From Candidatus Bathyarchaeia archaeon (lineage in GTDB: Archaea > Thermoproteota > Bathyarchaeia > JBHIEI01): DNA of 55,260 nt. Of the stretch, positions 54,807-55,260 are shown piece after piece. Positions within the stretch are counted from its first letter, which is position 1, and each line of letters begins with the position of its first letter. The position numbers were made by a program, and so were the translations under genes. The stretch is taken from contig JBHIEI010000001.1 of assembly GCA_046760555.1 (NCBI GenBank), positions 1 through 55,260 of the forward strand. Direction: 5' to 3'. The notes beneath the pieces are model-generated. The model searched no databases and was not told where the DNA came from. It saw only the letters and a list, made by a program, of their open reading frames with translations.

Positions 54807-54947
54807 CTACTCCAAGTACTTCTCTGGATCCTCTTTGAACTGCTCCATACATGTCGAGCAGCAAAAGTAGTACATCTCGCCCTTGTGCTCCATTTTGTAT
54901 TCGCTGCCCTCACCTACTTCCATACCACATACCGGATCTTTCGCCAT
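54807..54947 (-). CDS. YHS-domain small metal-binding protein
   Basis: Not in the ORF track (46 aa). MAKDPVCGMEVGEGSEYKMEHKGEMYYFCCSTCMEQFKEDPEKYLE is a textbook YHS/TRASH pattern (DPVCGM...YYFCS..C...F). Confidence 0.7.
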   Translation of the reverse strand: MAKDPVCGMEVGEGSEYKMEHKGEMYYFCCSTCMEQFKEDPEKYLE

Positions 54948-55043
54948 GACTATTCACTCGTTCTTGAGTACTAGATAAAAACCTTTTAGCTCCGGAAACG
55001 AGCTCCTTCAGCTTCTAAATAATGGTGATTCATTGTGACTTGG

Positions 55044-55260
55044 ATGTTTCCGAAGAAGCGGTCCATCAATCCGGTTAGCAGGAGCAGATCCTTCTACACG
55101 CCCCTGGCATTTCAACCGGAGTGGGAACGGTTTGTCGAACTTTGCAGACATGATGGGGTGAGCGCGTCGAGCCGCATCCGTGAATTGGTCGGGAAATACG
55201 TACGATCTCACGAACCGGTGAGATATGGGAGAATTGCTAGGCGTCAGCTTCGACTTGAGG
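55044..55260 (+). CDS. ribbon-helix-helix protein, partial (runs off the right edge)
   Basis: Not in the ORF track because there is no stop. Reads MFPKKRSINPVSRSRSFYTPLAFQPEWERFVELCRHDGVSASSRIRELVGKYVRSHEP..., which fits a strand-helix-helix pattern. Confidence 0.45.
   Translation, partial: MFPKKRSINPVSRSRSFYTPLAFQPEWERFVELCRHDGVSASSRIRELVGKYVRSHEPVRYGRIARRQLRLE

Overview
This 55.3-kb window is a densely coded chromosomal segment (about 52% GC) that is clearly archaeal. It carries aIF1A, aIF2-beta, aIF5A, Topo VI A/B, RIO kinase plus a Dim2-like KH protein, archaeal-type SAM synthetase, type-2 IPP isomerase with GGPP synthase, a crenarchaeal-type single-OB SSB, FtsZ, EndoQ and a four-subunit 2-oxoacid:ferredoxin oxidoreductase. 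That combination suggests a TACK/Korarchaeota-like thermophile, but this is inference only. Most genes are housekeeping and many are translationally coupled, with 1-4 nt overlaps. I found no rRNA, tRNA, CRISPR array, transposase or integrase. The standout is a three-gene minus-strand operon at 41135-44294. It has two tandem paralogues of the bacterial Pup-ligase/deamidase (PafA/Dop) family. One nucleotide after the second stop codon there is an unlisted 41-codon ORF for a Lys/Arg-rich, low-complexity peptide ending in Ser-Gly-Glu. This matches the dop-pup gene order of actinobacteria, so I propose a previously undescribed archaeal pupylation-like (C-terminal-Glu peptide ligation) system. Secondary observations are: a PT-repeat LolA-like gene split by one in-frame TGA; an orphan membrane-anchored ABC/OLD-type ATPase; a decayed endonuclease III pseudogene; a SAM-recycling cluster; a coupled APH-like kinase/APS kinase/IMPase trio; two stand-alone Cdc48-N-like small proteins upstream of a divergent oxidoreductase operon; an RHH-led stretch of uncharacterised small genes (26.3-30.3 kb); and a 568-bp ORF-poor gap. 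All functional calls rest on motif recognition by eye. No database searches were run.
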